Positions 34,889 through 36,460 of a DNA stretch of 36,460 bases are shown one piece after another (the first letter of the stretch is position 1; every line of letters begins with the position of its first letter). Source of the DNA: a virus. Its lineage: Duplodnaviria; Caudoviricetes. The position numbers and the translations under genes were made by a program. The notes under the pieces were generated by a model. That model worked only from the letters and a program-made list of their open reading frames with translations. It ran no database searches and was not told where the DNA came from. The stretch lies in IMG/VR virus record IMGVR_UViG_3300012039_000020, positions 1-36,460 of that record, one strand, 5' to 3'.

Positions 34889-35335
34889 TCAGAACGACAC
34901 CACAACCCGGGCCGTGACGCCCTGGGTCCCCTCGTCCGCGTCGTGCCACTCGGCCGCGTTCGCGCCGTCCGGGAACACTCCGAACGACAGCGGGTATCCG
35001 CCGCTCTGCCTCGCCAGCAGCGCGCCTAGCACCTCCACCACGTCGTCCTTGAACTCCTCGAGGAGACCGTCGTCGACGGCCAAGTCCTCGTCGCCGGTCG
35101 GCGTGCGCGCCGCGACCTCGAACAGCAGCGTCCCGCGCGTCTCGCCGATCGGCCGTTCGCGCCCTGGCGTGGGGATCAGGTCCTCCTCCGCGAGCGCGAT
35201 CGTCATCGCGCGCGGGTGCGTCGAGAACGGGAACGCGGCCCAGTTCACGTAGCCGCGCTTGACCCAGTACGCGCCCCCGCGGACCTTCCGCGCCTCCTCG
35301 ACGAGCGCGGCCATGAGGTCGGCCCGCGCGCCCAC
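34889..35335 (-). CDS. Tail terminator-like protein
   Basis: 148 aa, immediately upstream of the tube gene. Call is based on synteny. Confidence 0.6.
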   Translation of the reverse strand: MGARADLMAALVEEARKVRGGAYWVKRGYVNWAAFPFSTHPRAMTIALAEEDLIPTPGRERPIGETRGTLLFEVAARTPTGDEDLAVDDGLLEEFKDDVVEVLGALLARQSGGYPLSFGVFPDGANAAEWHDADEGTQGVTARVVVSF

Positions 35336-36055
35336 CTACTCGCCCCCCAGGTATCGCCCGAGGTGCTGCGCCAGCCGCTGCCCGATCTCCGGCAGCGCGG
35401 CCTCCATCCCGTCGCGCAGGTAGTGCTTCGGCGCGATGTCGACGAGCCGGAGCAGCAGGAACGCCACTCGCAGGTCGCCGCGCTGGAGCCCCTTGCCGCC
35501 CTTGACGCCTTTTCGGAACGCCCGCGCGAGGCTCTTCTCGGTGACGAGCAGCCCGACGAGCTTCCCGCGGTTCACCCGGAGGAACTTCAGTTTCTCGGGG
35601 TAGTCGACCGGCGATGCCTGGCGGCCGACCCCGGCGGCGGTCTTGGCGAGCTCGGTCGGCACGGCGAGCGCGCGAGTGGGGCGCCCGGTGACCGGACTGA
35701 TGTTTCGTCCCGGTCGAATCGTCGGGATCGTCCCGCCCTTGCCCGTCGTGCCGTACTCCTGCGTGGCCGCGTATCGCAGCGCCGGGCCGTGGAAGATCCC
35801 GACCCGCAGCGCAGGAGCGCCCCCGACGCGCAGGCCGACGCCCGTGATCGAGCGGGCCAGGTTGCCGGTCCGTCGCTTCAGCTTCCCGCCCGCGCTCATC
35901 GAGCGCGCGACGCGCCCCGCGACGCGCAACGCCTCCTTGGCGAAGAACCGATCGGCCTCCGCGCCGACAGCGTGCGTGCCCCAGCGGAACTTGAGCCGCT
36001 CGAGCGTCCGGCGCGAGGCCGGGTCGAGCGTGATCGAGACGAGCGGCTCGGCCAT
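35336..36055 (-). CDS. Tail completion / virion morphogenesis protein
   Basis: MAEPLVSI start. RRTGNLARSI, YAATQEYG and HYLRDG segments. 239 aa. Confidence 0.7.
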   Translation of the reverse strand: MAEPLVSITLDPASRRTLERLKFRWGTHAVGAEADRFFAKEALRVAGRVARSMSAGGKLKRRTGNLARSITGVGLRVGGAPALRVGIFHGPALRYAATQEYGTTGKGGTIPTIRPGRNISPVTGRPTRALAVPTELAKTAAGVGRQASPVDYPEKLKFLRVNRGKLVGLLVTEKSLARAFRKGVKGGKGLQRGDLRVAFLLLRLVDIAPKHYLRDGMEAALPEIGQRLAQHLGRYLGGE

Positions 36056-36460
36056 CAAAACTTCCGCGCGCGCGCGCGCGCGAGGCGCTCGAAGTAGGGG
36101 TGCAGGTCGGCCGCCTCGAACGTCGTCGAGCCGGCCTCGAACGCCTGGCTCTTGACCGCGATCTTCTCCTGCGCCGTGCGAACCCGGACGAACGCGGCCT
36201 GGAGCAGCAGCGCGCGCCGCACGTCGCCCGGCGTGACCGTCTGCGCGGGCGTCGGGGGGGGCGTCGGGATCCGCGCGACGTAGCCGCCGGAGTACGTGAC
36301 CCGGACGCCGCGCTGGAACGGGCCGACGAGCTTCTCGACCCAGCCGTCCTCGAGCCACCACTCGCCGGCGGCGAGCGCGGTCCACGCCGCGTCCCCGTCC
36401 GCGCGCTCCTCGACGGTCGCCACGGCCTCGACCGGGCGGAGCTCGAGCGGGAGCCGGCGG
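36055..36460 (-). CDS. Head-tail connector protein (5' truncated by the window edge)
   Basis: VRVTYSGGY...PGDVRRALLLQA motif. Confidence 0.75.
   Translation of the reverse strand, partial: RRLPLELRPVEAVATVEERADGDAAWTALAAGEWWLEDGWVEKLVGPFQRGVRVTYSGGYVARIPTPPPTPAQTVTPGDVRRALLLQAAFVRVRTAQEKIAVKSQAFEAGSTTFEAADLHPYFERLARARARKF

Larger units (their letters stand above)
1..36460. mobile_element. Tailed phage or prophage genome segment (long non-contractile tail inferred)
   Basis: Contiguous tail morphogenesis genes, phage-type replication genes and tightly coupled ATGA/GTGA overlaps. No host housekeeping genes or att sites recognised. Confidence 0.93.

Noticed and set aside
1-36460. Apparent abundance of TCGA/CGCG/GATC words as a modification signature
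   Set aside because: Cannot be quantified without computation and is plausibly explained by high-GC codon usage. It would need a Markov-corrected k-mer analysis.

Overview
A very GC-rich segment of a tailed (siphovirus-like) phage or prophage with three transcription blocks. (1) A leftward early/replication arm (31-13331): XRE HTH regulator, SNF2 helicase, a gp33-like/SSB-like pair, RepB-type primase, candidate origin, an intein-containing UvrD-like helicase, DUF5131 and hypothetical genes. (2) A short rightward arm (13550-18334): small proteins, an SMC/Rad50-like ATPase and RuvC. (3) A leftward tail operon (36460-18318): connector, tail completion/terminator, tube, G/GT chaperones, tape measure, GTA-like tail-tip module and fibre, ending in a uracil-DNA-glycosylase-like gene. 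No integrase, lysis genes or DNA polymerase were recognised in the window. The most striking observation is that the UvrD-like helicase is interrupted twice in catalytic motifs. Its Walker A (GPP|GTGKTT) is split by 7 extra nt containing a stop codon in an RF2-like CCT-TGA-C context, and motif III carries an intein with a non-LAGLIDADG, GIY-YIG-like insert. All family calls come from motifs recognised by eye, not from database searches.
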